A DNA stretch of 64,000 bases from Ramazzottius varieornatus (GCA_001949185.1 BDGG01000003.1:3331158-3395157), one strand, 5' to 3'; shown: positions 13,301-36,122, numbered from the stretch's first letter. Translations and numbers: made by a program. Notes: generated by a model not told the origin, from the sequence alone.

Positions 13301-13926
13301 CTGTGGACAATCGACCGCGGCGTCGACGACATTCAGGTCGTGTTGGCTGATGCTCCGTTTTGTCTACGGACGGAAGTATGCTACACCGTCCATCAACGAG
13401 ACCTTCGCGAGGTATTGACGATAACTGATTTTGAGGAAATATGCAGAATTCGATGAATCTGGTTTTAGTTGCCCTTGTTTCGAGACGCGTCGAATGCCTT
13501 CATAAGGATGGTCAGTGCGGCGCTTCATCAGGTGCAGTTCGTGCCGGGAGACTACATCATACAGCAGGGCGACTTGGTGGAAGAGATGTACTTCCTTCAT
13601 CGAGGCGAGGCCGTCGAAGTGGACAACGGAGTGGAGAAGACTGTTCTGAGGCGTGGGAGCAACATCAACTGGCAAGCGCTCCTCATCGACTGGCCAGCAT
13701 CGCGTACTGTCCGTGCTACAGATAACTGCGAAGTCTACGTGCTAGACCGCCGGGAGTTCGAACAGGTATAGTCCGCGGTAAATATGCGAATATACAATAA
13801 ACAACACTCCGAATATCATTGTCGCAGGTTGTCGGCAAGTACAAGGAAGAAATGGGCAATATCTGTACTACAAATCGCATTCGTCTTCGCGACCTCCTAG
13901 AAGAAGAGAAGATCGACATCGACTAG
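4349..13926 (+). CDS. CNGK/tetraKCNG K+ channel, paralogue B: four tandem 6TM-pore-CNBD repeats in one polypeptide
   Basis: Four pore signatures: TTVG|LGD (5573-5675, intron-split), TTTGYGD (~7936), AVVGYGD (~10435), TTTGYGD (~13055), each followed by a C-linker and CNBD. Stop TAG at 13924-13926. The four-repeat architecture defines CNGK channels. Confidence 0.9.
4955..5071. repeat. Intronic palindrome family, copy 1 (CNGK-B)
   Basis: CAAGTGGCGC-N29-GCGCCACTGG with paired outer arms. Confidence 0.85.
6176..6280. repeat. Intronic palindrome family, copy 2 (CNGK-B)
   Basis: CAGGTGGCGC-N29-GCGTC; arms CGAAACGTACAAGATC/GATCTTGTGCGTTTCG. Confidence 0.8.
7364..7470. repeat. Intronic palindrome family, copy 3 (CNGK-B)
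   Basis: AAGTGGCGC-N29-GCGCCACTT. Confidence 0.8.
10991..11110. repeat. Intronic palindrome family, copy 4 (CNGK-B)
   Basis: CGGCAAACGAAGCGTACAAG...TGGCGC-N29-ACGCCA...CTTGTGTACTTCGTTTGCCG. Confidence 0.85.
11823..11932. repeat. Intronic palindrome family, copy 5 (CNGK-B)
   Basis: AGATCGCTATCTCAAGTGGCGC-N29-GCGTCACTCAGGAACACGATCT. Confidence 0.85.
12849..12965. repeat. Intronic palindrome family, copy 6 (CNGK-B)
   Basis: AAGATCGTCATCCCAAGTGGCGC-N29-GCGCCAGT...GATCTT. Confidence 0.8.
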
Positions 13927-13986
13927 TAAAAGGGGAATTTTTATCGGTGATCGGTGTCTTCTTTCGTTTTGTTCTTATTATGTTTT

Positions 13987-15778
13987 TTATCTGGATCCGA
14001 TTCCATAGATCTCATGAAGCCGAGCATCGTGTAAATTTCGATACGGATCATAGTGACTTCCGGGTGTGGGCTTCATCGCAGCTAAGGGTTGTCCAGCCTC
14101 GTATACTGACGAAGCATTGGGATCGTTACCTCTTCTGATAATCTCCGCCGCCAGTCGATCATCCTTCTTATGAGGGAACCGATGGATGCCTTCCAGGTAC
14201 CCTTTCAGTTCAGGCATCTTCTGTCGTAAGAATTTTTCCCTTTCTATATCCACGAACTCTTTCCACAGGATACTATCGTGTTGCTCTTTGACTAACCATT
14301 CATATTGTTTCTTTTTCTCTTCGGCGATACGATGAACTTTTGAAGCTCGTTGTTCAGCCTGTCGGTTAGCGACTTCCATGCCTCTTGCGTGTCGTAGTTC
14401 CTTGTCCCTTTTGCTCTTCTGATCAGCAAGTTCGGCTTGCGCGCGCAGTACTGCTTGGTACTCGGCCCAGTCGCGCAGTTTCTTCTCCTCTCGTATCTGC
14501 TTGCTGTTTTCTGACTCGCGGACAGCGTCTTTCATTTCTAACTGCTCGGTCAGCCTTTTCACTTTGAGCTCTTTTTTCCGCTCAAATTCCTAGAGTTTAA
14601 AAAAAGGTGTTACTAATGAATGAAAGGTAATAGGAAGGTCGGCAAACGGGACCGCAACAAAACTATACTTTTTCATCCGCTTCAGCTTGCAGAAGTTCTT
14701 CGAGTATGATTTCACGTTCTTTTCCCTCCTTTTCTTTCGCATCGATCTCGGCAACGAGTCTCTCGCGTAGCTCTTCGGCAATCTTGTCCCGTTGCTCGCG
14801 CATAGCCTTTTGTTGGTCCGCCCTTCCTTGTTGCGCGGCATTGAACGAAGCGATCCTTTCGTCCTCTCTTCTTTGCATCTCTGCTTGTTTTGCTAGAGTT
14901 GCGTTACGCTCCTCCTGGAAATGCTGAATCACTTTGTGCCATTCTTGCTTCTCAAGCTGCCTCTTCTGGGCGGTCTCCTGCAAACTGCAAAGTAGTTTTA
15001 TATCACAATAACTTTTTAAATTCTATTTCGACGTTGAAAAAAAAATATCATATTACTCTGATATCAGTTAATTCATCCTTACCCATCGCTTCTGCGCTTC
15101 TTCCTTTGTGAGCTTCTCCATATGAGCCCGTTCCTCTTCCAGTTGCAAAAACTCCTTCTGTCTCTGTTTCTCCTTCTCCGCCAGTTGTTTATCATACGCT
15201 TCTTTCAGATCATGCTGATGCTTCCGCATCAGTCCCTCCGCATCATGCATCCCAACTTTGAACACCTCATCCCCCGATCGGAACTGCGCGCCACTTACAA
15301 GTTCGTCCAGCCGTTCGTTTAATTTCTTCCTTTCCTTCGCCAGCATGTAATCTTGATTAACCATCTGTGCTTGTATGTGATTAGCAGCGGTCTTAAGTTC
15401 ACGTATCTCGTTACTCGCTTCGACCATCCTTTGATGATTGACTTCCCTGCTGTATTCCAGGTCCCTCTGTCGGAGTATCTTCTTCTTCCGGGCATTCTCA
15501 TCCAACGCGATCGCCTTCCGCGCCACCATCTGGTCTTTCAAGACTGAATATTGGTCGGCGAAGCCATCGCATGTTGTCTTGTACGGAAGAGGGGCGGGCT
15601 CGTAGTGGCTGGATGTAATCGGTGCGGTCAACGGAGTCCATTTCGGTACTAAGGTGGGGTCCTTGATGCCCTCACCTGTTGGCATACGTTTTTGTAAGTA
15701 ATCAGGATAAGCTTTCCCCGTGTCTTCATGTATATAAACATTATGTGTCTCGTACGGGTTCTTGAGTTTGTGATCCAT
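13987..15778 (-). CDS. MNS1: Meiosis-specific nuclear structural protein 1-like (coiled-coil axonemal protein)
   Basis: Three coiled-coil exons (~15778-15082, ~14977-14669, ~14589-13987). EREIILEELLQAE and EREKFLRQKMPELKGYL resemble MNS1 motifs. Confidence 0.7.
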
Positions 15779-15920
15779 CACGAAAAGAAGCGGACGAAAA
15801 AAAAGCCGAAGAGCTAAGAGGGTTTGAGCTAATGGTGTTTTTTAATACTGTAGGAGATCGACTAGCTGTATTCACAAAAACCTGGAATATGGCCAGCAGC
15901 GCAAAACCTCACCAAAAAAA

Positions 15921-15934
15921 GTTTCCATGGCTGC
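15921..15934. promoter_or_regulatory. Putative RFX X-box upstream of the MNS1-like gene
   Basis: GTTTCCATGGCTGC differs from GTTNCCATGGNAAC at 2 positions and lies ~145 bp upstream of the ATG of a ciliary gene. Confidence 0.4.
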
Positions 15935-16748
15935 TTGACATTCTCTCCCTCGCGAGTTAGTGGCGCCGGTCGTTGTAGCTGTAAGTTCTCAGCCCCAGTA
16001 GACCGGCGCACACCAGCAGAAGAGCGCGCAGTGGGGGAGTCGCCCTACGTGAAGACCTGATACTTGATGGACAATCGGATCGCACTCTTCAACCGCCCTT
16101 GCATGTTTGCTCAGAGCTTAATTGGCTGAAGAGCTTGGTAATGCTTCAGTAGGTCGAAAATTGTGCATGCTCGTCAAACAAGAGGTAGCATCTGGACTAA
16201 AACTTTCGTGAATTGTCGGGCGGATGGGAGTTCCCTGTTCTTTTTCAATTGGAAACTTGAGACGACTTTCCTGTGAGGACTCTGCAGCACCCTCGCGGAA
16301 GAAGTCCTTCAGTGGCATTATATAACGTTTGTCTTTAGCTCTCCTCGATTTAACGGTAAACGCTGTTTCACATACCGTGCCTGTTGTTCGTCCAGCAATA
16401 CGCAGGTCGAGCAAGCCGGTACTTTTCGTAGTCTTTTCTAAGCCCCAACGAACTTGCAAGAGGTCTGCATCTGGAGTGCTCGTCTTTTGCATATTTTCCT
16501 CTTGATTACGATGCCATGGCTTGATTGAATCGCACTTGACATTCACCTTCATTCCTTATTGTTTGACGCGAACTACACCGGGGTACAGTTCAGTCGACGA
16601 TGTAGCTCCAGCTGGAACCGCGGGCGGGCTATGACTAGAGAACGATGATCGCACTCGGAGTACGAACCTTTTCCATCACCCATGCTTTTCACACGAAGAA
16701 AACACTCGGTTCGGTTTTCTCTAATCGGGTCCTGAGTTTGGATGAAGG

Positions 16749-19700
16749 ATGCGACCCAACGTGTTGAAAACTTCCATCCTTGAACCCAACTTTTCTTTCG
16801 CGGCTGGTTCGACGACACTTCCGCGAGAACAGCTCGCGGTTCCTCATCCTGCCTCACCGGATTCTGGGGAATTTCACTCTGACCATTCGGATTTCGTACT
16901 ACATAAAGCGGATCCCAGTCTTTTCAATTACGTACGAAGTTTGCTTTTGATATCTCATTATTGGGAGCTGAGTAAACAAAGCGTACCAGATCGCTGTCAA
17001 GAGTGGCGCACCATTCGAGCCAGGGACAACGATAGCGCGCGCCACTCAGATAATGATCTTGTACGTTTTGTTTGTGCAGCTCCCTATTAAATTCGTTGGA
17101 GAAAGAATACTCGGAATTTTCTGGTTTTTTTCCAGCGGATATCTCGGACAGAAGCCGCCAGTACCGTTCGAGTCAACAACTCCCGAAACCCCATCGCTCC
17201 CCAGTCGGGGTTCACCCGTCATTGCCACTCCAGATGGGCCCTTTACGTCACTGTCGCGCTGGGTCTCGTTACCATTAGTGCCTGTATAGCCGCTGGAATT
17301 GCTTTGGCTGGTACCTTCTGCTTGAACTTCCCTTTGATTTGCCTCTGTACATCGAGAATTTCATTATCACTATGATATTTTCCTTTACTACGCAGTTTAT
17401 TATGTTTTTATTTTTTTCCGTAGCGGTCCGGCCTTATTTGATTCAAGAGGAGCGCAACGTTGCTGGTGCAGTTTCGTTGGAACAGCCGACGACATCTTCA
17501 ACAAGCATGTCCACTCGAGCGGAAGATGAGCAGTCAACTGTTGGTAAGCAGGGCTTAGCGGAATTAATTTCCAACCAGAGTCAACAGCTGCTGTTAAGCT
17601 TGTCATTTAGATTAATGACCGCCCTATATTACGTTGTAGCACCTGTAGTTACTACTGCAGACGATTATCTGCCGGACCTAGTGACGCACATCTTCACACC
17701 AGCTCGCGCAGTAGACCTACAAGCTAATCAAGAGTTACGTAACATCATGGCATCCGACGAACCTTTAAGCATCGTCGCACAGTCTTCGATGGCTTCGGCG
17801 ATGGATCCCTCGACGGGTTCCTTGACACCCTCTCCCTTGACTTCTTCCGATTCCTCACTGAGATTCACAAATTTGTACGGGCTATCGGATTCTGATATGG
17901 TAGCACCGTCAATGCAAGAGTACACCATGTCGGTGTACGATACAAATCCCGTCACCGCAACTTCCAGCCGCCATATTGTCCCAGACATACCGGTGACTAC
18001 ACTAAGTCCCCCAACACTCTCTCGGGCAATGTCGACTCGAAAAAGCACAAAATTCGGTGTGTCAATTCGAAAAATCATCAGATGAAAACTTGAGATGAAA
18101 ATTTGATTTTACCAATTCGGTTAGACAGAGTCACTTTTCGGAAAAATTTCTCGGAACTCCTTTTCGGATTATATAAAATACGGACAATTTTTTATTGTTT
18201 GTATTTTGATTTGATCCTCGTAGTTGAATCGTCGGAGAGACCTGTCTTCCACCATGTAGAGACCATTTCCGAACAAGACAAGCGGATGCTACAGCGACAA
18301 ACCATGCTGACCACGCCCAAGCCTCTGCCGACCATCAGGACCGCTCGGCTCCTGATGGAGGACAACCGTGAGCCAGACCGCTTTCCGGACACCTTCCTCC
18401 TCCAGACGTTTCCCGAACCAAAGCTCCATAACCTGAACATTACATTTGAAGATCCATATTCTCACCAGCGAGTGCCGCTCCTTCGTCGTATCATGAAGCG
18501 ATCCCGACCCACAGGTGGTCAGAAAGTTGAGTCGAGGTCGTCGGCGAACCTGGGAAATTTCACGATGATGCAGCCTGGCCTGAAAATTAACGAGCAACTA
18601 CCGGGAGCAGGAATTTCTTCCGTGGTGGCCGCTCCTGAAAACCCATTGCCGTTGGATGTGATAATTGAAACCAAAGTCTTGGTCCCACCGAAAATGCCCG
18701 TAGGCTGCGGACTCGGTTTCAACTGGAATCCAGTTCGACAGGAGTGCGTCGATGTTAACGAATGCCTTCAGCTCGGAATACGGGTATGTCAGCCATATTA
18801 CTTCTTATACATAAGGGCTGGCTAACAAAGCTCTAGTCGAAGAACACAGTATCTTATTTTTTTAGGCTTGCGGGATACATTCCGAGTGCATCAACACCAT
18901 CGGGACTTATTCGTGCCGGTAAGCTGTAATGTACAGTGCAAATTCCCAGCTAATACACTGGTGATACAGTGGAAGTTTGCTTTTGCAGGTGTGTTCCTGG
19001 ATATCGACTAGACCCTCGCAGCCTGGTCTGTTTGGATATCGACGAATGTATTGAAAGCAATGGTGAATGCTCACCGTTGGCCATCTGCGAGAATAAGCCA
19101 GGTGGATTCCTATGTCGGTGTATGAGTGGGTTCTATGGTAATGGAATTATTTGCGAAGTGGACCGAAGCACCTCTGTCGAACGTATCGGTAAGTTCAGCA
19201 GCATCTGTATTGAAGAAAACTTTAGTATTTACGGACTCTCTACAGGTGATTCACCGCCAGTACTACCGTGCCAAATCAGTTTTCCTCCTCGGTTGCACCA
19301 AGTCATTTCTAGTCCATTCTATCCCGAGCCGTTTCCTGTCCACTCACAGTATAAATTTTGCGTCCAAAAGCTACAAGGAATCTGCAAAACTGGGCTGGTG
19401 GTCAACAACTTTCTGCCATCAAGGGTCAGCCACCAAGACTACGATTACCTGAAACTCCAAGGGAAGGTTTTCACCGGTACCGATATCAATGAACAACAGC
19501 TGTGGCTGCTCGACTCAAACGACGCAGCTATGGAAGTGGAGTTCTCTACGGACTCGGAAATTAAAGGCAACCGCTTCCAGCTGGAAATTGTCCAAGAACC
19601 CTGCGAATCAATTTTTAGTATGACACCATTTCTAGCATACCTTTGTGAAATTTTCAGAATTTTACAGAACCAATATGGGACATCGGCAAAGGAGTTCAAT

Positions 19701-20225
19701 ATGATCATCTCATGTGGCGCACGTTAACTGAGATGGTGCGCCACTTGTGAAAGCGGTCTTTTTCAAGTCATTCGGCTACGTCCCATATCTGCTCGAAAGG
19801 AAACTCGAAAACAAACTTAGACAGAGATAATTGAAAAGGAATTTCTCGCTGAAACTATTCCTTTATTTTCAGCTGTACCAGAGTGTGCGGAACTGCTCAA
19901 CGTCCGTAACTTCTCCATTACAAGTGCCACACCCCACTACCTGGACAACATTGCATGCACCACAGCGCTATATCCTCCCGCAGAAGCGTGTGGGATGGAG
20001 CTACTGTTTTACGAGTTTAGTTTGGAAGGACCCAGAGAAACCTGTCCGTATGACTACCTCGAAATCAACGAGGACAAAATGTGCGGTAGCATGAAGAACG
20101 AACTGCGCGAGATCATTTTCCCAAAGGGTACTCCGAAGGTCCCCATTATATTCTCAACTGACGGATCACTGGTTTCTGTCGGCTTCAACATAACTTTTTC
20201 ATGGATTTTGGAATGTTACCACTAG
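16749..20225 (+). CDS. Type II membrane protein: cytoplasmic N-terminus, TM helix, Ser/Thr-rich stalk, calcium-binding EGF repeats, two CUB-like domains
   Basis: Phase-compatible exons 16749-16931, ~17136-17310 (TM WALYVTVALGLVTISACIAAGIALA, missed by the ORF track) and 17424 onward. CVDVNEC and CLDIDEC are cbEGF motifs; ISSPFYP...FSTDS and CPYDYLEI...FSTDGS...GF are CUB motifs. Start codon uncertain. Confidence 0.7.
16963..17084. repeat. Intronic palindrome family, copy 7 (EGF/CUB gene; best-preserved arms)
   Basis: GGGAGCTG...GAGTGGCGC-N29-GCGCCACTC...CAGCTCCC, flanked by TATT on both sides. Confidence 0.9.
19677..19784. repeat. Intronic palindrome family, copy 8 (short spacer; EGF/CUB gene)
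   Basis: GGGAC...GTGGCGC-N17-GCGCCAC...GTCCC, flanked by ATAT on both sides. Confidence 0.8.
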
Positions 20226-20467
20226 TTTTATTTCGGTTTTCGAAAGCTTGTTTCATCGAGCTAAAGATCTTGCTAAGTTGCTATGTTAAAGCATGCGGGA
20301 TAGAGGGCACAGTAAGGTCGATAAGTGAACTTCAAAAGAACAAAACGATAACAAAGAAAATAACCTATTAAACATCAAAATTAGTCTGTAGTATTTTTGA
20401 ACTGAATGAACTTCGTGCTGTAGTATTTTGGCCACTTTGAAAGCTATGCAGTAATGCTGACTGCAAT

Positions 20468-22367
20468 ATGTCGGTAGCCAGTCCGATGGCGAAAGCAGGA
20501 ATATTGAAAACTGGTCTCTCGAATGATGACGAACAAGGTTCACAGGATTCATTCTACGACCTGGAGGAGCAGTTGATAAAAAACATTAAAGAGGTTGATA
20601 CCACGGGGGCTACCAGGACGCGAACGATTATTAGCGGCTATGAAATCAACTACGGCAAGCTCTTAGGCAAAGGTATCAGCTGACCGATCAGTTAATGCCC
20701 GCTTTACTACGTATTTTCTCCCTTTGAAGTTTGCTGCAAGAGGAAATGGAAAAATTTTTTAGGTTCGTATGGAAAAGTGTGTCTTGCAACGAATCTGCCA
20801 AATGGAAAGACATATGCATGCAAAATTATGGACATCTCTCAAGCTCCAGTGAACTTTGTCGATCGGTTTCTTCCACGAGAACTCGAGGTCTGTGGCTCGC
20901 GAGACTGTACTGTTTAGTGAGGAATTCGCACGCCGACTGTTCTAAGACTGCTGTTCGTTTCAGATACTGTCTCAGCTTCGTCATCCCAACATCATCCGCG
21001 TATATACTTACGTGAAACACCATCAAATGTACTACATCTTCATGGACGTAAGTATGTACAGAAATGACTTACCGACTCGTGACCTCGTTGTCAAACGCGA
21101 GGTGGCTGTATCTTCATTTCTTTGCTGCAGTACTGTTCGAACGGTGATCTTCTCCGTTATTTGCAACGGAAGGGTCAAGCTGGAGAAAAGCTGACCGAAG
21201 ATGAAGCACGTGACAAATTTGTCCAAATCCTAATGGGCATTAAATATTTACACCAGCGCCACATTGCCCACAGAGAGTAAGTCTGATATCGAAGTTCCCT
21301 TATGGTTTTTGTCTCGCAATTATGCCCGATCTTTGATAATTTTCTGCAGTTTGAAGTGCGAGAATATAATGATTGACGGGACTACCCTGAAGCTTGCGGA
21401 CTTTGGATTCGCTCGTTCATGCCTCGACCCAACGGCACTACAGCCCGAGAGCAGCTCGCACACCGCTCGGGTTCAAATCGAAGAGTTCCGTTCTCGTAAG
21501 GTCTCCGTCCTGCATACATCCGATCCTAACGACGAAGACCATGCTTTCCGTGAAATGCGTCGTCGATCACACGTTCGTCACTCCGCCGCTGCCCAGCTAG
21601 CTCGTATCCCACCGGACCGGTCCTCCGGCGGATCCCTCCGGTCGAAGTCGCGCACCAGCACCCTCACGTCCAACAAACGTCAACGGCGAACTTCTCAGTC
21701 CACCACGAAGTCTACATCCTTCTGTGGCTCAGTAGCCTACGCTTCGCCGGAAGTGGTGGCCGGTGAACAGTACGATCCAACAATCAGTGACATGTGGTCG
21801 TGCGGAGTGATACTGTACATCCTGATGATGGGCAAGATGCCGTTTGACGACTCTCACCCTCGCAAAATGCTGCGAAGACAACGAACTAAAAAATATCTGG
21901 AGAAAGTCCGCGGTGTGTTGTCTGAACAGTGTATCAACCTGATGGAGAGCCTTATGGAACCCAGTCCGAATAAAAGAATAACGGTGGACGATGCGTTGCT
22001 TCACACGTGGCTACGGCCAACGTATAAGAGCATTCTCCAGAAGCTGATTGCGCATGAAAAGCGGGCGTATCGACGAAAAACCCTTCCGACCAAACTTGTT
22101 GACCAACAGGAAGTGGTGAGAAACATGACGTTGTGTGACGCCACCAAGAAGCTCGTTCAGATTGACAAGGTCCGCTCAATGCAGTCCGCTATGTCGACAA
22201 GTTCTAAGTCGACAGCTCTTGATACTTCGAGTCGGTCAGCGAGGTCTACAGCTTCTGATCGATCAAGTAGATCCGATATCTCTGACCCGAATGGTGTAAT
22301 GTCTGTTGATTCTCAATTGGCGCATGCGCAGAAACCTGTTCTTCACGCGAACAAAGTTCATTTTTAA
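20468..22367 (+). CDS. Testis-specific serine/threonine kinase (TSSK family)
   Basis: GKG|SYGKV, RFLPRELE, HRD|LKCEN, DFGFAR, FCGSVAYASPE, DMWSCGVILY and MPFDDS are TSSK-type motifs, spread over 5 exons. Confidence 0.85.
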
Positions 22368-22463
22368 CCGAAAACGTGCGCGGGTTGCACTTTGGCCATG
22401 CAGATTCAGCTCTATCCAGATATAACACATTGTCCCGATAAGTATGCACGAAATATTGTCAGT

Positions 22464-22545
22464 GTCGCGGTGTCCGAGTGGTTAAGGAGATTGACTAGAA
22501 ATCAATTGTGCTCTGCACGCACAGGTTCGAGTCCTGTCCGCGACG
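22464..22545 (+). tRNA. tRNA-Ser(AGA)
   Basis: GTCGCGG/CCGCGAC acceptor stem, ATTGA-CT-AGA-AA-TCAAT anticodon arm, long variable arm, GTTCGAGTC T-loop, downstream T-run. Confidence 0.95.
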
Positions 22546-22955
22546 AACTTTTTGCCTGTTTTAATCACTAAATTATTCTGATTGATGTTTTTCCGGCGTA
22601 GTGGCGGATAAGGAACGGCGTTGGTTATTTTATTACTGCCGAGCTCAAAATACAGAGAATAAAACATTTTTTAATCTGCCATCACAAGCTGTCAAGATAA
22701 TCAGTACGAGAAAAATGGAGTGGGTGCAATCAGAATGCAAAAAGGGAATGAAACTTGAACTTATTACGGCAGACGAAAATTACCGGGTGTGAGCTGCTAA
22801 CTTTGCGAGCTCATCGTAACGAACATGTACAATAAAAAAATTATTCCTCGCTAAAAAAGACACGTCCGGAATGTAAAATATCAGAAAGACATAAAATGGG
22901 ACGGGCATAATTATTCAAATCGATCGGCGCAAGTTTCCCATTCGAAAACTGATCT

Positions 22956-34016
<11,061 letters not shown>

Positions 34017-34691
34017 CTTTGCGTAACGCACATTATCAGATTCTGGAATTATCCGGTCCAGTGTCATCCAGGCGGATCACTCCACAATAACCCAGTAATC
34101 GTATACGAGAGTACACTCAGGAGTCAGGACGGCGCTCCAAACATTTCTCACAGCTCCTTCTCTCCCATCCTCGGTGAGCACAGCACTAGTCGAACCTTTC
34201 ACCCGAGAAGCGGTTTCATACGAGAGACAGACATCAAGGATAAGACAAGGGGCAGGAATAAGCGACGACATCGATGGAAAAAAGGAACTAATAATTCCAG
34301 GTAGTTAACAATGACGTAATTTGGAACGCCAGGTTATGTTATGTCACTTCATGTTATGCTTAGCTTACCGAATAGCACTGCAGAATGACCAGTGTCCACA
34401 GCAGTATCATCTGCGAGTATCTGCTCATTATCCAAACTGTTATTCCGGAAAAGAGAGCGTCTCGAGCACTTACAATTTCAGACTTTACTGGCTTATGAGC
34501 TTGTACATCGAAGCCACAGCAGAGTAAAACATAAAAAATGGCTACACTCGTCAACCTGGCTCGTAAACGGACAGACAACTGAAAGAAGGCGGAAACCAAA
34601 ACGCAATGAAATTTGCAGACACTTCTGCAGCTAACGTTTTTCGATATCCAGACTTGATCGTTCTGATCCAAAACAAAAGCCCCAGAAACTA

Positions 34692-35717
34692 TCACGACAT
34701 AACACAGTTGGTTTTCTTTTGAGGTTGATTTCGGTACTCGGCTTCGCTCATAGCGAGTGCCTGAGCAAGAGCCAAGTCTTCCTCCTCTTGTGAAGAAGGA
34801 CTGATTCCAGCCATAGACATCTGAAGAGCTCTAGCCAACTGTTCATCCTGCGAAAGGTTCTGGTCTGGGTTCTGAGAGGCATTCTTGGGCTTTGATGAGG
34901 CACTGGAAGGTTCCGGTTGACTGCGTCTAGCTAATGCTGCAATTCTTGCCATGGCGGCGGCGCTGCAAGAGAAAAGAGAAAGTTAGACACTTTGTTACAT
35001 GGTAGAGCGGTCAAGCAGCAAAACCTACCCAGATCTATTACTCACTCCGCCACTTTCAGTGACTTGCGCTCCTTGGCAGGAATGGTCGTCGGGAAAGCGA
35101 TGAGCGAGACAGAATGTCTTTCGACAGTTCGTACATTCGACCCGCATCATCTCCTTCTTCTTACATCCTTTTGCGGAACACCGATTTTCGAACACCTTTC
35201 TTTTGCTAACGGCGGTCTCGGAAGGACAGTCAGCGTCGATGTGTTGACCCACTCGGATATCAGGGACCTCGCCTTTCTTCACGGGCACAGGTTTCGAACA
35301 CAGAGGACATACGGGCACTTGGTTATCCTGCAGGCGACCTGACAAACATTGGTGCTGCTCGTACCGGAAGTGGTCGTTGCTAAAAATAGATCAATCGTAA
35401 ACACCAACGCGGAAGCGCGACGAATCACCGCCAACAGAACCAATTGACACAAATGCACAACCTTCGGGCAAAGAACGTAATTACTTACCAGAACTTTTTA
35501 GAGCATCCGTCACACTTCACCGGAAGGAAATCTAAAAAGTAAAGGGTATGGTCAGACGGAGGATACATGGGCAGAACTAATCCCGCATGTGACGCATTAG
35601 GATTTTGACAGAATTACCCAAACGTTCGAAATCGAAGATGTACTCACCTAGACGATTACAGGTTGAGACGGAGCAGTACTCCCCGGCGTGAAAAACATCC
35701 TTTGGCGTTCTAGCCAT
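34692..35717 (-). CDS. ZFAND2B: AN1-type zinc finger protein 2B (AIRAPL-like)
   Basis: Two AN1 fingers, VPVCPLC...HIDADC, two UIM-like motifs (DEQLARALQMS, EDLALAQALAMS) and C-terminal CaaX CVMS. Confidence 0.88.
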
Positions 35718-36070
35718 CCCGATCTTCTTAGGGCTAACTATTACAGGGAGAAGTCCAGACGACTCCGAAGAAAGTCCTGATGTTCGAAGCGAGGAATCGT
35801 ATTCGTAGCAACAACTTCGGGACTTCCACTGGATGGTTCAGACTGAAGTCGTTCAGGAATGAGATTTGTCACTTGGTAGATCCCAAAGTCCGAATCGTGT
35901 ACTACAGTGTTCTCTAACTGAGTTCGAGAAGAAAACTTTGTCGTCGCAGGAAAAACGAAATGAGATAAGACGCTGAATGAAACTCTTGCTTTTGTATGTA
36001 TCTGAAACTGCATTTCATTGAAGCGATGACGAGGCACAAACAACGTTAACACTTGACAGCTGAGCGACGA

Positions 36071-36122
36071 TGACTCATACGGTCCAGAAATGACGTCATG
36101 CGCGTACTCGCGGTTTCTAGAA
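36071..36122. promoter_or_regulatory. AP-1, CRE and partial HSE motif cluster in the ZFAND2B/HID1 divergent promoter
   Basis: TGACTCA at 36071, TGACGTCA at 36091, TTCTAGAA at 36115. Motif match only. Confidence 0.3.

Noticed and set aside
15284-15300. GCGCGCCACTT half-site in the MNS1-like gene
   Set aside because: Single half-site in coding sequence with no partner arm.
15957-16013. GCGCCGGTC/GACCGGCGC hairpin as an intergenic copy of the palindrome family
   Set aside because: It lacks the family arms, centre and 29-bp spacing; a 9-bp stem in GC-rich promoter DNA may be chance.
16118-16552. 144-aa minus-strand ORF between MNS1-like and the EGF/CUB gene
   Set aside because: No recognisable motif or supporting splice structure.
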